The notes beneath the pieces were generated by a model. The model searched no databases and was not told the origin of the DNA. It worked only from the letters and a program-made list of their open reading frames with translations. A stretch of DNA of 64,000 nt from Candidatus Kaiserbacteria bacterium (GTDB lineage: Bacteria; Patescibacteriota; Minisyncoccia; Phycocordibacterales; Phycocordibacteraceae), in NCBI GenBank assembly GCA_027451665.1, contig DAIDIW010000002.1, positions 146,766 through 210,765 on the forward strand, in the 5' to 3' direction. This document shows positions 9,554-19,764 of the stretch, in pieces; the first letter of the stretch is position 1; every line of letters begins with the position of its first letter. The position numbers were made by a program, and so were the translations under genes.

Positions 9554-11344
9554 CTATTCGTGCAGCCCGATGTGTAGCTCATAGAGGCGCCGATACTCCC
9601 CGTCAGGTATTCGCATAAGCTCTTCATGCGTACCCATCTCGGCGACCTTCCCGGCCTTTAGCACGATGATCTTATCGGCCTTTCGCACGGTCGATAGCCG
9701 GTGCGCGATGACGAACGTCGTGCGTCCTCGCATGAGCTCTTCGAGCGAGGTCGTGATGAAGCGCTCCGTCTGCGGATCGAGCGCCGAGGTCGGTTCGTCA
9801 AGTATGAGGATCTTCGGGTCTCGTAGGATTGCGCGCGCGATTGCTACGCGCTGCTTCTGGCCCACCGAGAGCTTCACGCCGCGTTCTCCTACCTGCTGAT
9901 CATAACCGTTCGGGAATTGTTCGATGAAGGTAGCGGCATCCGCCTTCGCGCAGGCGGCCTTCACGTCATCGAGGGTCGCTTCCGGCCTACCGTAGCGGAT
10001 GTTATCGGCGATGGACGCGTTGAAGAGAACAACTTCCTGCGGCACGACCGCAATGTGCCTTCGGAGGTCACGGAGATTCAGTGTGCGTATGTCGTGGCCG
10101 TCCACGAGGACCTCTCCCGCCCGCGGAAAGTAATATCCGGAAACGAGCTCTGCCGTGGTCGACTTCCCTACGCCCGTCTGCCCCACGAGCGCCACGACTT
10201 CGCCGGCGCGCGCCTCGAATGACACGCCGTTCAGAACCGCCCGCTGATCGTCGCCGTACGCGAAGTGAACGTTCCTGAAGGATACGTCGCCGCGAAGCTC
10301 AGAAAGGCGTATCGCCTGAGGCGGATCGTAGAGTTCCGAAGCGGCCCCGAAGACGCGTTCGCTGCGGGCGAGCGCGACAAGGCTGTTCTGTATGGTCTGC
10401 CAGCTCGTACCGAGCTGCACGAACGGACCGATGATCATTCCCGCGTATGCGTTAAACGCGATAAGATCGCCCACGGTGATAACGCCATGGCTGATGTAGT
10501 AGACAGAGAGCAGAAAGATGGCCGTTTGCGTTACGAGCACGATCGCACGTTGGGCGAAATTCAGATTGCTCCAAAACTGCTCGAGGCGATACCATATGGG
10601 AGTCGCTTCCTCATAGAAGCCTCGACGGATGCGCTCCATCTCGATGGGTTCCGCGCCGGCCTGCTTTACTGTCTGGAAATTCGCGTACGCATCAGCGGCA
10701 TCGCCGGACGTCCGGTTCCAGATTTCGAACGCTTCCGACTGGTACTTCGACGTACGAGGGATGATGAATACGAGCACGAGCAGGTAGAGTGCAATGCCGG
10801 CGAGCAACACGAACGCGAGCTGAGGAAGTATCAGGAAGGAGATGCCCACGCCCACGAGGATCGTGAGGAATTGCGGCACGATGGAGACCATCGTATTCGT
10901 GAATGAGCCGAGCATCCACGATGCGCGGCTTAGGTTCTCGTTTATCTCGCCGACGCGTGTCGTCTTGAAAAAATTAAGCGGAAGCGTGAGAAGGTGCGTA
11001 TAGGCCTTGGCCTGGAACCCCGCTTCCATCTCGGTCGTCATGAGGCGCGTGCGCCTATCAGCAATAAAGCTGATGCCGTTCGAAAACACCTGGAGGATGA
11101 GCCAGGCGCCGATGAGCGCTTCCCAGAGGGGAACCCGCCCGAACATCGGTACGACGGTCATATGCGGCGCCACGAGGCTGTCTATGAACTTGCCCGTGAT
11201 ATACGGAACGATGCCGTTTGCGAGTGCGAGGAGCATCTCGAGGATGGTGAGGATGGCGATCGCGCGGGCATAGGGAGAAAGCTGGCGTCTGAGCGCCAGT
11301 TTCTTCTCCTCCCATGTGAAGACACGCTTCTTTTCCTCTGCCAC
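9554..11344 (-). CDS. ABC exporter, fused permease/ATPase (Sav1866/MsbA-like)
   Basis: TM N-terminal domain; Walker A GQTGVGKS, LSVGQKQ signature, ILILDE, IAHRL. Confidence 0.92.
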   Translation of the reverse strand: MAEEKKRVFTWEEKKLALRRQLSPYARAIAILTILEMLLALANGIVPYITGKFIDSLVAPHMTVVPMFGRVPLWEALIGAWLILQVFSNGISFIADRRTRLMTTEMEAGFQAKAYTHLLTLPLNFFKTTRVGEINENLSRASWMLGSFTNTMVSIVPQFLTILVGVGISFLILPQLAFVLLAGIALYLLVLVFIIPRTSKYQSEAFEIWNRTSGDAADAYANFQTVKQAGAEPIEMERIRRGFYEEATPIWYRLEQFWSNLNFAQRAIVLVTQTAIFLLSVYYISHGVITVGDLIAFNAYAGMIIGPFVQLGTSWQTIQNSLVALARSERVFGAASELYDPPQAIRLSELRGDVSFRNVHFAYGDDQRAVLNGVSFEARAGEVVALVGQTGVGKSTTAELVSGYYFPRAGEVLVDGHDIRTLNLRDLRRHIAVVPQEVVLFNASIADNIRYGRPEATLDDVKAACAKADAATFIEQFPNGYDQQVGERGVKLSVGQKQRVAIARAILRDPKILILDEPTSALDPQTERFITTSLEELMRGRTTFVIAHRLSTVRKADKIIVLKAGKVAEMGTHEELMRIPDGEYRRLYELHIGLHE

Positions 11345-11350
11345 GACAAA

Positions 11351-11359
11351 ATTATACCA
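11351..11359 (-). promoter_or_regulatory. Extended -10 promoter (TGGTATAAT) 6 nt upstream of the GTG start
   Basis: Perfect TGnTATAAT and no SD; implies a leaderless transcript. Confidence 0.7.
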
Positions 11360-11379
11360 CGGATTCTGAGGCTAGGAAA

Positions 11380-11919
11380 TCAGTGTGCGAGAAAGAAAAG
11401 AGCGACCGCCGGCGCGGCGAACCACCAAAAGAAATATTGCGCAGGCGCAAAAAGATTCGCGATCGAATTGTTGAAATGATAGACGCTCGTTATGGCAAAT
11501 GCGTGATACGCAAGCGCGACGAGAAACGCGCCCGTGAGGAAGGATGTTGCAAGAAGGCCGATGAGGCCGATATAAATAAAATCCGAGACTGCGACCCGTC
11601 GCAAGATGATGTAAAAGATGAATACGATGGCGAGATAGAGCACGGCATGTACCACGACCGCAGTAAGAGCAGGCGCCGACGGCAGATAGTTCAGATACGC
11701 TTGAGGTATCGCCCGGTATACCCCATAGCCGGCATAGAACGCGAGCACGAGCGCGACATAGGGACCGCGGCCGCGGTAACGCGCGAACCCGTAAAAAAAG
11801 AGCGTGAGAATGATTAGTATGACGAAGCTTGCGACGGCGCCCCAGACGGTAAGCGCGGTATGGGTCGCGACCGTGCTTACCTGAGAGAGTCCTTGTGTGG
11901 CGCTGAGCACGTTCGACAT
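11380..11919 (-). CDS. Hypothetical multi-pass membrane protein
   Basis: About 5 hydrophobic helices; CATACT lies 7 nt before ATG 11919 (alternative ATG at 11925). Confidence 0.75.
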   Translation of the reverse strand: MSNVLSATQGLSQVSTVATHTALTVWGAVASFVILIILTLFFYGFARYRGRGPYVALVLAFYAGYGVYRAIPQAYLNYLPSAPALTAVVVHAVLYLAIVFIFYIILRRVAVSDFIYIGLIGLLATSFLTGAFLVALAYHAFAITSVYHFNNSIANLFAPAQYFFWWFAAPAVALFFLAH

Positions 11920-12002
11920 AGTCATAAGTATGCCCTACCGGACGCGCGCGAACGCCGCGTAGTGGTGATAACCTCACCTCGCCCCGCGTGTCGCGGAAGC
12001 GG

Positions 12003-13082
12003 TCAGAGCCCCTCGGCGCGAAGGTCATCGATCGCCTTCTTCGCCTTCCCGGAAAGCTTCTGCGGAAGCGCCACTTCGAGACGGATGAGGAGGTCGCCCT
12101 TGCCGTGCGGGGCCGGGATGCCCTTCCCGCGCACGCGCAAGAGCTCTTCGGCGCGCTTCATCACCGGAATCTTCACCTCGATCGTCTTCCCGTCGAGCAT
12201 TTCCACCGGCACGGTGGTGCCCGTGAGCGCATCAGTGAGCTTCACGGGGAGGTCCATGATGAGATGATTCGCATCGCGTCTGAAGACTGGGTGGGACTTC
12301 ACATGTATCTTCACGTAGAGATCGCCGGCAGTGCCGTTCTTCACCGCTTCGCCCTTTCCGGGCATGCGGATCATCTCGTCGTTCTCGATCCCGGCAGGGA
12401 TCTGGACGCGCACCTCTTCCTCCTTGCGGAGCACCCCGTGGCCTCTGCACTCAGAACACTTCTCCTTCGGGATTTTTCCGGAACCCTCGCAGGCAGCGCA
12501 CGTCCGTACGCTCGTGAACTGGCCGAGAATGGTATTGCGCACCTCATGTACCTGTCCGCTTCCCCCGCAGATCTTGCAGGTCTCGAGCTCCGTGCCCGGC
12601 CTTCCGCCGGTCCCCTTGCACGTATCGCATGTCGAGACCTTCCCGAGAAGCACTGAACGTTCGGTGCCGAACACGGCTTCCTGGAATGAAAGCTCGAGAT
12701 CAATGGAGATATCTCTTCCGCGCGGGGCGCGCGCAGCTTGACGGCCGCCGAAAAAATCGCCGAAGATGTCGCCGAAATCGAATTCAGCTCCGCCGTTGCC
12801 GGAGCCTTGCTGGAACTGAGAGAAGTCGAACCCGCCGAAGGGACTGCCACCGAATCCGCCCGCTCCCCCGCCCGGGAATGACTGACCATACGTGTCGTAT
12901 TCGCGGCGTCTCTTCTCGTCGCCGAGGACGGCGTAGGCTTCGGATACTTCCTTGAACTTGGCTTCGTCTCCGCCGGACTTGTCCGGGTGATACTTGTGCG
13001 CGAGCTTCCGGAACGCCTTTTTGATGTCGTCCTGGCTCGCCTTCTTGTCGACGCCGAGCGTCTCGTAATAGTTTTTCGCCAT
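12003..13082 (-). CDS. dnaJ: Chaperone DnaJ
   Basis: J-domain with HPD, G/F-rich region, four CxxCxGxG repeats. Confidence 0.96.
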   Translation of the reverse strand: MAKNYYETLGVDKKASQDDIKKAFRKLAHKYHPDKSGGDEAKFKEVSEAYAVLGDEKRRREYDTYGQSFPGGGAGGFGGSPFGGFDFSQFQQGSGNGGAEFDFGDIFGDFFGGRQAARAPRGRDISIDLELSFQEAVFGTERSVLLGKVSTCDTCKGTGGRPGTELETCKICGGSGQVHEVRNTILGQFTSVRTCAACEGSGKIPKEKCSECRGHGVLRKEEEVRVQIPAGIENDEMIRMPGKGEAVKNGTAGDLYVKIHVKSHPVFRRDANHLIMDLPVKLTDALTGTTVPVEMLDGKTIEVKIPVMKRAEELLRVRGKGIPAPHGKGDLLIRLEVALPQKLSGKAKKAIDDLRAEGL

Positions 13083-13140
13083 ATCGTTCCCGATTATACG
13101 CGTGACCTTTTGGTATGCAAAATGAAAATCATGAAGCGCG

Positions 13141-13190
13141 AAAAAGAAAGCGGCACGGGCTCTCTCCAAAGAGAGTTCCCGTGCCGCCTT
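13141..13190 (-). terminator. Intrinsic terminator-like hairpin between dnaK and dnaJ
   Basis: On the minus strand: GCGGCACGGG-AA-CTCTCT-TTGG-AGAGAG-CCCGTGCCGC followed by TTTCTTTTT. Confidence 0.7.
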
Positions 13191-13199
13191 CGCCTGCGT

Positions 13200-13316
13200 T
13201 CAATCATCGGATGGGGCTTCAGGAGTCGCATCTACGATGTATCGCGTTGGTGACAGCAGATAACATATAACAAAGATTGCAGCTGAGGGTACTGCGACCG
13301 ATAGAAGGAACGTCAT
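13200..13316 (-). CDS. Putative 38-aa single-TM small protein
   Basis: MTFLLSVAVPSAAIFVICYLLSPTRYIVDATPEAPSDD*; AAGGA upstream, TGGTAAACT extended -10 further upstream, terminator directly downstream. Confidence 0.5.
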   Translation of the reverse strand: MTFLLSVAVPSAAIFVICYLLSPTRYIVDATPEAPSDD

Positions 13317-13366
13317 CAAGCCTATCCTTTTGGATTCGACACGAAGTTTACCACACTCCTCTCAGC

Positions 13367-15268
13367 CTAGTCCTTCTCCTTGAATTCGGCGTCGGTAGCG
13401 CCCTGATTGCCCTCAGACTGCTTCTGCTCTCCAGCGGCGCCCGGCTTTGGCTGGTCCTTCATCATGGCCTCGCCAATCTTCGAAAGCGAGCTGCTGAGTG
13501 CGTCGATCGCAGATTTGATGCGGTCTGCGTCCTCGCCGCCCATGGCAGTCTTGAGATCGGTAATCTTGTCTTGGACCTCTTTCACGACTTCAGCGCCCGC
13601 CTTCTCGCCGTTCTCCTTGATGGCCTTCTCGGCGCTATAGACCGTTTGCTCCGCGATATTGCGCGCTTCGACGAGTCCCTTGCGCTTCTCGTCCGCGGCC
13701 GCATTCGCCTCAGCGTCTGCCTTCATCTTGTCGATATCCTCCTTCGAGAGGCCGGTCGAACCTTCGATGCGGATGGACTGCTCCTTGCCGGTAGTCTTCT
13801 CCTTCGCCTTCACGGTCAGGATGCCGGACGCGTCTACGTCGAAGGTTACCTCGATCTGCGGCATGCCGCGCGGCGCCGGCGGTATGCCGTCAAGCATGAA
13901 CTTGCCGAGAGACTTGTTGTCGGCGCTCATTGCGCGCTCACCCTGCGTGATGTGGATCTCCACTGACGGCTGGTTGTCTGCAGCGGTCGAGAAGGTCTGC
14001 GAGCGCGAGGTCGGGATGGCCGTGTTGCGCTCGATGAGCTTCGTCGCGACGCCGCCCATGGTCTCGATGGCAAGCGAGAGCGGAATGACATCCACGAGGA
14101 GGATGTCCTTCACGTCGCCCTGGAGGATACCGGCCTGGATGGCAGCGCCGATTGCGACTACCTCGTCCGGATTCACGCTCATGTTCGGCTTCTTACCGAA
14201 GAACTGCTCTACCGCCTTCTGGATTGCCGGCATGCGCGTCTGACCGCCCACAAGGATGACTTCGTTGATGTCTCCGAGCTTGAACGGCGAGGCGTTCATG
14301 GCGCGCTTCGTGATGTCGAGGGCGCGGGTCACGAACGGCTCGGCGAGCTCTTCGAGCTTTGCGCGGCTCATCGAGACGAGGAGGTGCTGCGGACCGGCAT
14401 CGGTCGAAGTGATGAACGGGATGTTCACCTCGGTCTCCATCGAGCTCGAGAGCTCGATCTTCGCCTTCTCAGCCGCCTCGTCGAGGCGCTGACGCGCGAG
14501 CGGATCGCCCATAACATCCACGCCCGATTGCTTCTTAAATTCGCCCGCGAGCCACGTGATGATGGCCTGGTCGATATCCTTACCACCCAAGTGCGCGTCG
14601 CCATCGGTCGATTTTACCTCGATGGTGTCGTCACCCACGTCGAGAATCGAGATATCGAACGTTCCGCCGCCGAAGTCAAAGACTGCGATCTTCTCCTCCT
14701 TCTTCTTGTTCAATCCATACGCGAGCGCGGCTGCGGTCGGCTCGTTGATGATGCGCTTCACAGTGAGGCCGGCGATCTCGCCCGCTGCCTTGGTCGCCGA
14801 ACGCTGATCATCGTTGAAGTAGGCGGGAACGGTGATGACCGCTTCGGTAATCTTCTCGCCCGTCTTCGCTTCCGCATCAGCCTTCAGCTTGCCGAGTATC
14901 ATTGCGGACACCTCTTCCGGGCGGTACCACGCGTCTTTTCCATCCTTTTGGCCCATCTTCACCTCGATGCCGCCGTTGTCGGCCTTGCGCATCTCGAACG
15001 GAACAGCCTCCTTGTCCTTCTGTACCTCAGGCTCATTGAACGAGTGGCCGATGAAGCGCTTGATCTGATAGATCGTGTTTGTCGGATTCGTAACGGCCTG
15101 GCGCTTCGCCAAGGTACCGACGATGCGCTCGCCATTCTTCCCTATCGCTACGATTGACGGCGTGGTGCGTGCGCCCTCCGCATTCTCGAGAACGCGCGGC
15201 TCGCCGCCCTCAACGATAGCCATCGCGGAGTTAGTGGTGCCCAGATCAATGCCGAGGATCTTTGCCAT
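13367..15268 (-). CDS. dnaK: Chaperone DnaK
   Basis: [35 protein letters not shown]. Confidence 0.98.
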   Translation of the reverse strand: MAKILGIDLGTTNSAMAIVEGGEPRVLENAEGARTTPSIVAIGKNGERIVGTLAKRQAVTNPTNTIYQIKRFIGHSFNEPEVQKDKEAVPFEMRKADNGGIEVKMGQKDGKDAWYRPEEVSAMILGKLKADAEAKTGEKITEAVITVPAYFNDDQRSATKAAGEIAGLTVKRIINEPTAAALAYGLNKKKEEKIAVFDFGGGTFDISILDVGDDTIEVKSTDGDAHLGGKDIDQAIITWLAGEFKKQSGVDVMGDPLARQRLDEAAEKAKIELSSSMETEVNIPFITSTDAGPQHLLVSMSRAKLEELAEPFVTRALDITKRAMNASPFKLGDINEVILVGGQTRMPAIQKAVEQFFGKKPNMSVNPDEVVAIGAAIQAGILQGDVKDILLVDVIPLSLAIETMGGVATKLIERNTAIPTSRSQTFSTAADNQPSVEIHITQGERAMSADNKSLGKFMLDGIPPAPRGMPQIEVTFDVDASGILTVKAKEKTTGKEQSIRIEGSTGLSKEDIDKMKADAEANAAADEKRKGLVEARNIAEQTVYSAEKAIKENGEKAGAEVVKEVQDKITDLKTAMGGEDADRIKSAIDALSSSLSKIGEAMMKDQPKPGAAGEQKQSEGNQGATDAEFKEKD

Positions 15269-15274
15269 AGAAAT

Positions 15275-15309
15275 AGCTTACAGGTTACAGCTTCCAGCTG
15301 ACAGCTTAT
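15275..15309. repeat. Five tandem imperfect heptamers upstream of dnaK
   Basis: AGCTTAC AGGTTAC AGCTTCC AGCTGAC AGCTTAT. Confidence 0.7.
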
Positions 15310-15370
15310 AAATGCAGGCCCCAAGCGACCCTGATACGTTCATTTTATAGATTCCGTTTTTCTTGCGCAA

Positions 15371-15901
15371 CTACGCAGCGTAGCTGTAGACACGGACCTT
15401 TGCTGGGCGCACTACAGCATCCCCGATCTTCCAGCCAGGCTCGAGGACGGTCGACACGGTACCATCTTTCTCCTCTGAGTCTGCCGCGTCCTGGCTGAGC
15501 GCGTCGTGAAGCATGGGGTCGAACGCCTCACCCGGAACGCCGAAGGACTCGAGGCCGAGCGAGGCGAAGCCTCCCTCGAGCTGCTTCACGATGCCCACGA
15601 AGCCTTCGGGGATATCGCCATGCGTTTTCGCGCGTTCCAGGGCGTCGAACGCCGGCAGGAGCGCCTCCGCAGCTTTTATTACGCCTCGCTGCCTCTCCGC
15701 TCTCTTCTCATCATCGAAGCGTTTGAGCACGTTCACGTAATCAGCCTTGGCGCGTTGCCAGCCGTCTAGATTCTGCTGCTTCTCGTCTTGGCAGGCAGCG
15801 AGCTCAGCCTTGAGTTTAGCGATGCGCTTTTCAGGATCACTTCCCTTCGGCGCCTCATTGTTCTCTGCCTCGAACGAGACATCTTCATACTCGTCTTTCA
15901 T
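15371..15901 (-). CDS. grpE: Nucleotide exchange factor GrpE
   Basis: WQRAKADYVN, LLPAFDALERA, FDPMLHDA, VVRPAKVRV; start at MKDEYED. Confidence 0.93.
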   Translation of the reverse strand: MKDEYEDVSFEAENNEAPKGSDPEKRIAKLKAELAACQDEKQQNLDGWQRAKADYVNVLKRFDDEKRAERQRGVIKAAEALLPAFDALERAKTHGDIPEGFVGIVKQLEGGFASLGLESFGVPGEAFDPMLHDALSQDAADSEEKDGTVSTVLEPGWKIGDAVVRPAKVRVYSYAA

Positions 15902-16010
15902 CCTCGTAACTATGCCTGATGCGCCGTGACGCGTCAAAAGGTGCGTTACCGGCTTCTCGGGAGCGCTGTTCCATGCCATGCTACGGGAAGCAGCGCGAGG
16001 AGTACTCGAA

Positions 16011-16436
16011 ATGCCCTTTGTAAAGCTCGAGGACAGAGTGCATGCCGCATTACCGCAACGTTTTGGTGCCACGATCACCTTCGGCGAGTTAGCCGCCCGC
16101 GTGGGACGCGTACGCGACCTGGGCGAAGTCCTGCGGTCGCTTGCCGCACGCAGGGTCATATCGTTCGGCGATCCTGAACCGGCGCTTTTTCACGATGCGC
16201 TCGTCATCCTGAAGAATGACCGACTACTTCCCACTGAGTTCTATACCCTGGTAGGTGACGAGGATATCTATCCGCAGTGCATCTGCACCGGCAAAGAGCT
16301 CCTTGAGGAGCTTCTCATTCCGGAACGCTCGGCGCTCATCACGGTGGACGCGCGCAGCGGCCATCTCTTCCTTTCGAATATGTGTGACGATGTCGTGGCA
16401 GTACTGTCGCCCGAAAATTGGTACCGAGCGCACTGA
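16011..16436 (+). CDS. Hypothetical protein with a possible N-terminal HTH
   Basis: GAGGAG SD before ATG 16011; GATITFGELAARVG resembles an HTH; followed by a strong terminator. Confidence 0.6.
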   Translation: MPFVKLEDRVHAALPQRFGATITFGELAARVGRVRDLGEVLRSLAARRVISFGDPEPALFHDALVILKNDRLLPTEFYTLVGDEDIYPQCICTGKELLEELLIPERSALITVDARSGHLFLSNMCDDVVAVLSPENWYRAH

Positions 16437-16450
16437 GATGTACACGATCC

Positions 16451-16488
16451 GGACCCTAGCGTAGATGTCGCTAGGGTCCTTTTCCTTT
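16451..16488 (+). terminator. Intrinsic terminator
   Basis: GGACCCTAGCG-N7-CGCTAGGGTCC then TTTTCCTTT. Confidence 0.75.
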
Positions 16489-16501
16489 GCGTAGTCATAC
16501 G

Positions 16502-16526
16502 GAAAAGCCCCCGAGAGGGCCTTTCG
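16502..16526 (-). terminator. Terminator after rpsI
   Basis: AAAGGCCCT-CTCG-GGGGCTTTT right after the rpsI stop. Confidence 0.55.
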
Positions 16527-16928
16527 TTAGCGCTTAGACCACTGCTTGCGCTTGCGGGCCTTCACGAGTCCCGGCTTCTTACGCTCTTTGGCGCGCGGGT
16601 CTCGGGTCATGAGCCCGGCTGGCTTCAGCTTGGCGCGCGTAGCGGGCTCGCTCTTTGTGAGCGCACGCGAAATCGCATGACGGACAGCCTCTGCCTGCGC
16701 GGCGACGCCGCCGCCAGTCACGTTGGCCGTAACGCGGTAGTTTTTCGCGGCTTCAGCGATCGTGAATGCCTCAAGTGCCGTGCGTGCGCGCTCATCGGTC
16801 TTGAAAAACTCTTTCGGGCTCTTGCCGTTTACCATAAGCGAATTCTTGTCGGCCTCGCTCATGCGGACCGTTGCAATTGCGGTCTTTCTGCGCCCAACAG
16901 CGGTGATAAAGGATGTTGCCATACTCAT
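16527..16928 (-). CDS. rpsI: 30S ribosomal protein S9
   Basis: GRRKTAIA, GGGVAAQAEA, RDPRAKERKKPG, QWSKR. Confidence 0.97.
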   Translation of the reverse strand: MSMATSFITAVGRRKTAIATVRMSEADKNSLMVNGKSPKEFFKTDERARTALEAFTIAEAAKNYRVTANVTGGGVAAQAEAVRHAISRALTKSEPATRAKLKPAGLMTRDPRAKERKKPGLVKARKRKQWSKR

Positions 16929-17299
16929 GCTTTAACAATGAGGTTCTTCATGCGTGGGCCGCGAAGCTTATTACGCGGTATCATTCCGTCGATGGTCTTC
17001 TTTACGACTTCTTCAATGCCCTTCTTCTCGATCATCTCGGCCATGGTCATCGCGCGCTGACCGCCCGGATAGCCCGTGTAGCGAAGGTAGACTTTCCCTC
17101 TCTTGCGTGCGTCAGAAACATGAAGCTGCGAGGCATTCTCGATGACAACCGTAATCGGATGCGTGCGATGCTTCACCATAAGTGCTGAGCGCTTGCCGAG
17201 CAGCGCATGCGCGGCTTCGCTCGCGACGCGGCCAAGCGTGCGGCCTGCCGCATCGATGCGGTATGTGGTTGCTGCGGGATTCGTGAGAGGCGTTGCCAT
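16925..17299 (-). CDS. rplM: 50S ribosomal protein L13 (short C-terminus)
   Basis: IDAAGRTLGRVAS, YTGYPGG, GMIPRNKL. Confidence 0.93.
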   Translation of the reverse strand: MATPLTNPAATTYRIDAAGRTLGRVASEAAHALLGKRSALMVKHRTHPITVVIENASQLHVSDARKRGKVYLRYTGYPGGQRAMTMAEMIEKKGIEEVVKKTIDGMIPRNKLRGPRMKNLIVKA

Positions 17300-17315
17300 G
17301 GTGATTGTATTGGTA

Positions 17316-17669
17316 CTAGACGAATGCGATATACGCAAGCTTTGCGGCATTTCCCGTTCCGCGGCGGGTGCGCTTCACGACGCGTGTATAGCCTCCCGCG
17401 CGCCCGGCGTACCGTGGCGCAATCGTTTCGAAGAGCTTCTTCACGGCGACATCGTCCCCGAGTCGAGACTTCGCAAGTCGACGGCTCGCGAGCGTGTTCC
17501 TCTTCCCGTAGGTGACGAGGCGCTCCACAAAGGGGCGAAGCTCCTTCGCTTTCGCTTCAGTCGTCGAGATGCGTTCCTCGAGGATAAGGGAGCGTGCCTG
17601 TGCGCGAAGTAGTGCACGACGCTGGCTTGTCGGCCGATTGAACGCCCTGGATTTGCTGCGTTGACTCAT
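17316..17669 (-). CDS. rplQ: 50S ribosomal protein L17
   Basis: ERISTTEAKAKELR, RAGGYTR. Confidence 0.95.
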   Translation of the reverse strand: MSQRSKSRAFNRPTSQRRALLRAQARSLILEERISTTEAKAKELRPFVERLVTYGKRNTLASRRLAKSRLGDDVAVKKLFETIAPRYAGRAGGYTRVVKRTRRGTGNAAKLAYIAFV

Positions 17670-17693
17670 GGTGGATTGCTTATGAGGTCCGAA

Positions 17694-18644
17694 TTACTCG
17701 TCCTTGAGGATAAGCCCGTGTTCCGCGAGGACGTTCGAAATGCTCTCAATGGCTGCCGCGCCGATGCCATCGAGCTCCTTGAGCTGCGACGCGCTCTTGC
17801 GCGCAAGACCGGCAAGGCTTTTTACGCCAGCCTCCTCGAGCGCCGCGATGACGCGGGCAGAAAGGTCGAGGTCGGTAACCTTTACCTTCGCGGGATCAGC
17901 TGCGAAGGATTCCTCAGGTGCGGCCGCTTCGGCCGCCCGGTCGCCCTTCGATGCTGACTCTTGGAAGCCAAGGATTGACTTCAACTGATGAATCATGATC
18001 TCGATCGACTGCTCAAGCGCTTCGCGTGGCGATACGGTCCCGTTCGTTTCAATAAGGATGCGCAGGCGGTTGAAGTCCGTACGGTCGCCGACACGCATGT
18101 TCTCCACTTCATAGTTCACGCGTCGTATCGGCGTGAACGTCGCATCAAGCGCGATCGTACCGATGTCCACCTTCTCCTTAGTGAGCACCTCACGGGGCAC
18201 GTAGCCCAAACCGCGCTCGATGGTCGCCTCGAGCTCAAGCGATGCCTTGCCGGCGATATCAGCGATATGTTGATCAGGATTTGCAATCTCAACCTGCGTC
18301 GGCAGAATGAAGTCCTTCGCCGTCACCTCCTTCTCTCCTTTCACGGAAAGCTTAATCGTCTGCGGCTCATCGCCGTGCAGGACGAAATGTACGCGCTTCA
18401 GATTGAGGAGCATTTCCATGACAGTCTCGCGGACGCCTTCAAGCGTAGCGAACTCATGAGCGACGCCGTCGATTTTGACCTGCGTTATCGCGGCGCCCGG
18501 AAGCGACGATAGGATGATCCGGCGGAGTGAGTTGCCGAGCGTGTGGCCGTACCCAGGATAAAGAGAATCAATCTCATAGGTGCCCTGCATGCCCTCTTCG
18601 GAGACGATGCGCGGCTTGCTTGGCAAGGTGATGTGATATTCCAT
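17694..18644 (-). CDS. rpoA: RNA polymerase alpha subunit
   Basis: GYGHTLGNSLRRIILSS, HEF, FTPIRRVNYEVE. Confidence 0.97.
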   Translation of the reverse strand: MEYHITLPSKPRIVSEEGMQGTYEIDSLYPGYGHTLGNSLRRIILSSLPGAAITQVKIDGVAHEFATLEGVRETVMEMLLNLKRVHFVLHGDEPQTIKLSVKGEKEVTAKDFILPTQVEIANPDQHIADIAGKASLELEATIERGLGYVPREVLTKEKVDIGTIALDATFTPIRRVNYEVENMRVGDRTDFNRLRILIETNGTVSPREALEQSIEIMIHQLKSILGFQESASKGDRAAEAAAPEESFAADPAKVKVTDLDLSARVIAALEEAGVKSLAGLARKSASQLKELDGIGAAAIESISNVLAEHGLILKDE

Positions 18645-18670
18645 AACTCAATCAGTTATCACGTATAAAG

Positions 18671-19285
18671 CTAGCGGGTGTAAAACGAAAGCACCATCCC
18701 GAGATCGCCCGCAGGATCAGCGGATGCCGCCGTCGGACGTTCCTGGATGCCGCCCTCCATGGTCTTCGGATTCCACGACAACCAGGACGCGAGCGGGCGC
18801 TCCATAAAGCGATCGTTGAAGCCGACGAGGAGGCCGTGATCCTTCGAGCCCTCGCGGACTGCGACGCGATCCCCAATTGAGAGCGCGTGCGAAGGAATGC
18901 GGATCTTTTTGCCATTCACAGTGACGTGGCCGTGCGCGACCATCTGGCGCGCAGCTCGCCGCGATGGTGCGAGGCCGAGACGATAAATCACATTGTCGAG
19001 GCGCATCTCAAGCATCTCATGGAGACGCTCTACAGGTTGTGACCCGGCGGCTGCAAGCGCCTTGTTCACGTAAAGGCGGAACTGCTTTTCAGGCAGGCCG
19101 TAGGTGAGGCGCACCTTCTGCTTCTCGAGCATCTGCTTGCCATATTCGCTCTGGCGGCCGCGGCGGCGGCCGCGTTTATTGCGTTCAGAGCGCTCAGCCG
19201 ACAGTGCGAACTTCTGCGACTGCGTCTTGTCAAAGACAGACGGGCCGAGACGCTTAGCGATCTTGTATCGAGGTCCGATTTTCAT
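18671..19285 (-). CDS. rpsD: 30S ribosomal protein S4
   Basis: SEYGKQMLEKQK, LEMRLDNVIYRLG, ARQMVAHGH; start at MKIGP. Confidence 0.96.
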   Translation of the reverse strand: MKIGPRYKIAKRLGPSVFDKTQSQKFALSAERSERNKRGRRRGRQSEYGKQMLEKQKVRLTYGLPEKQFRLYVNKALAAAGSQPVERLHEMLEMRLDNVIYRLGLAPSRRAARQMVAHGHVTVNGKKIRIPSHALSIGDRVAVREGSKDHGLLVGFNDRFMERPLASWLSWNPKTMEGGIQERPTAASADPAGDLGMVLSFYTR

Positions 19286-19298
19286 AGTGAGACGAGCG

Positions 19299-19733
19299 TT
19301 ATACGCGGCGAGGTTTAGGCGGGCGCGGACCGTTGTGCGGCACCGGCGTTGCGTCCTTGATGGAACGTATCTGCACCCCTTTGCCTGCAAACGCGCGGAC
19401 AACGGACTCGCGGCCGGCGCCGACGCCGCGAATAACGACCGTCGCCTCCTTAAGGCCAATTGTCATCCCCTTCTCCCCAAGCAATTCGCCGACCTTAGCG
19501 GCCGCATACGGAGTCGATTTTCGCGCGCCCGAAAAGCCGAGGCTTCCGGCTGACGACGAGATGATCGCGTTCCCCTTCTCGTCCGTAAGTACTGCCTTCG
19601 TGTTATTGAAGGTCGCCTCCACGTGGAGAATGCCTTTCTCGATGTGTCGCTTGGTGGTCTTCGACAGCGCGCGGTCCTTGCGTCCTTGGTCGAGACCGCG
19701 GCCTCTCTTCTTAACGATACGCTTCTTTCCCAT
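19299..19733 (-). CDS. rpsK: 30S ribosomal protein S11
   Basis: ATFNNT, RKSTPYAA, TPVPHNGPRPPK. Confidence 0.97.
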   Translation of the reverse strand: MGKKRIVKKRGRGLDQGRKDRALSKTTKRHIEKGILHVEATFNNTKAVLTDEKGNAIISSSAGSLGFSGARKSTPYAAAKVGELLGEKGMTIGLKEATVVIRGVGAGRESVVRAFAGKGVQIRSIKDATPVPHNGPRPPKPRRV

Positions 19734-19764
19734 GCTGGATGATTATCAAATGAGTATCTAAGAA

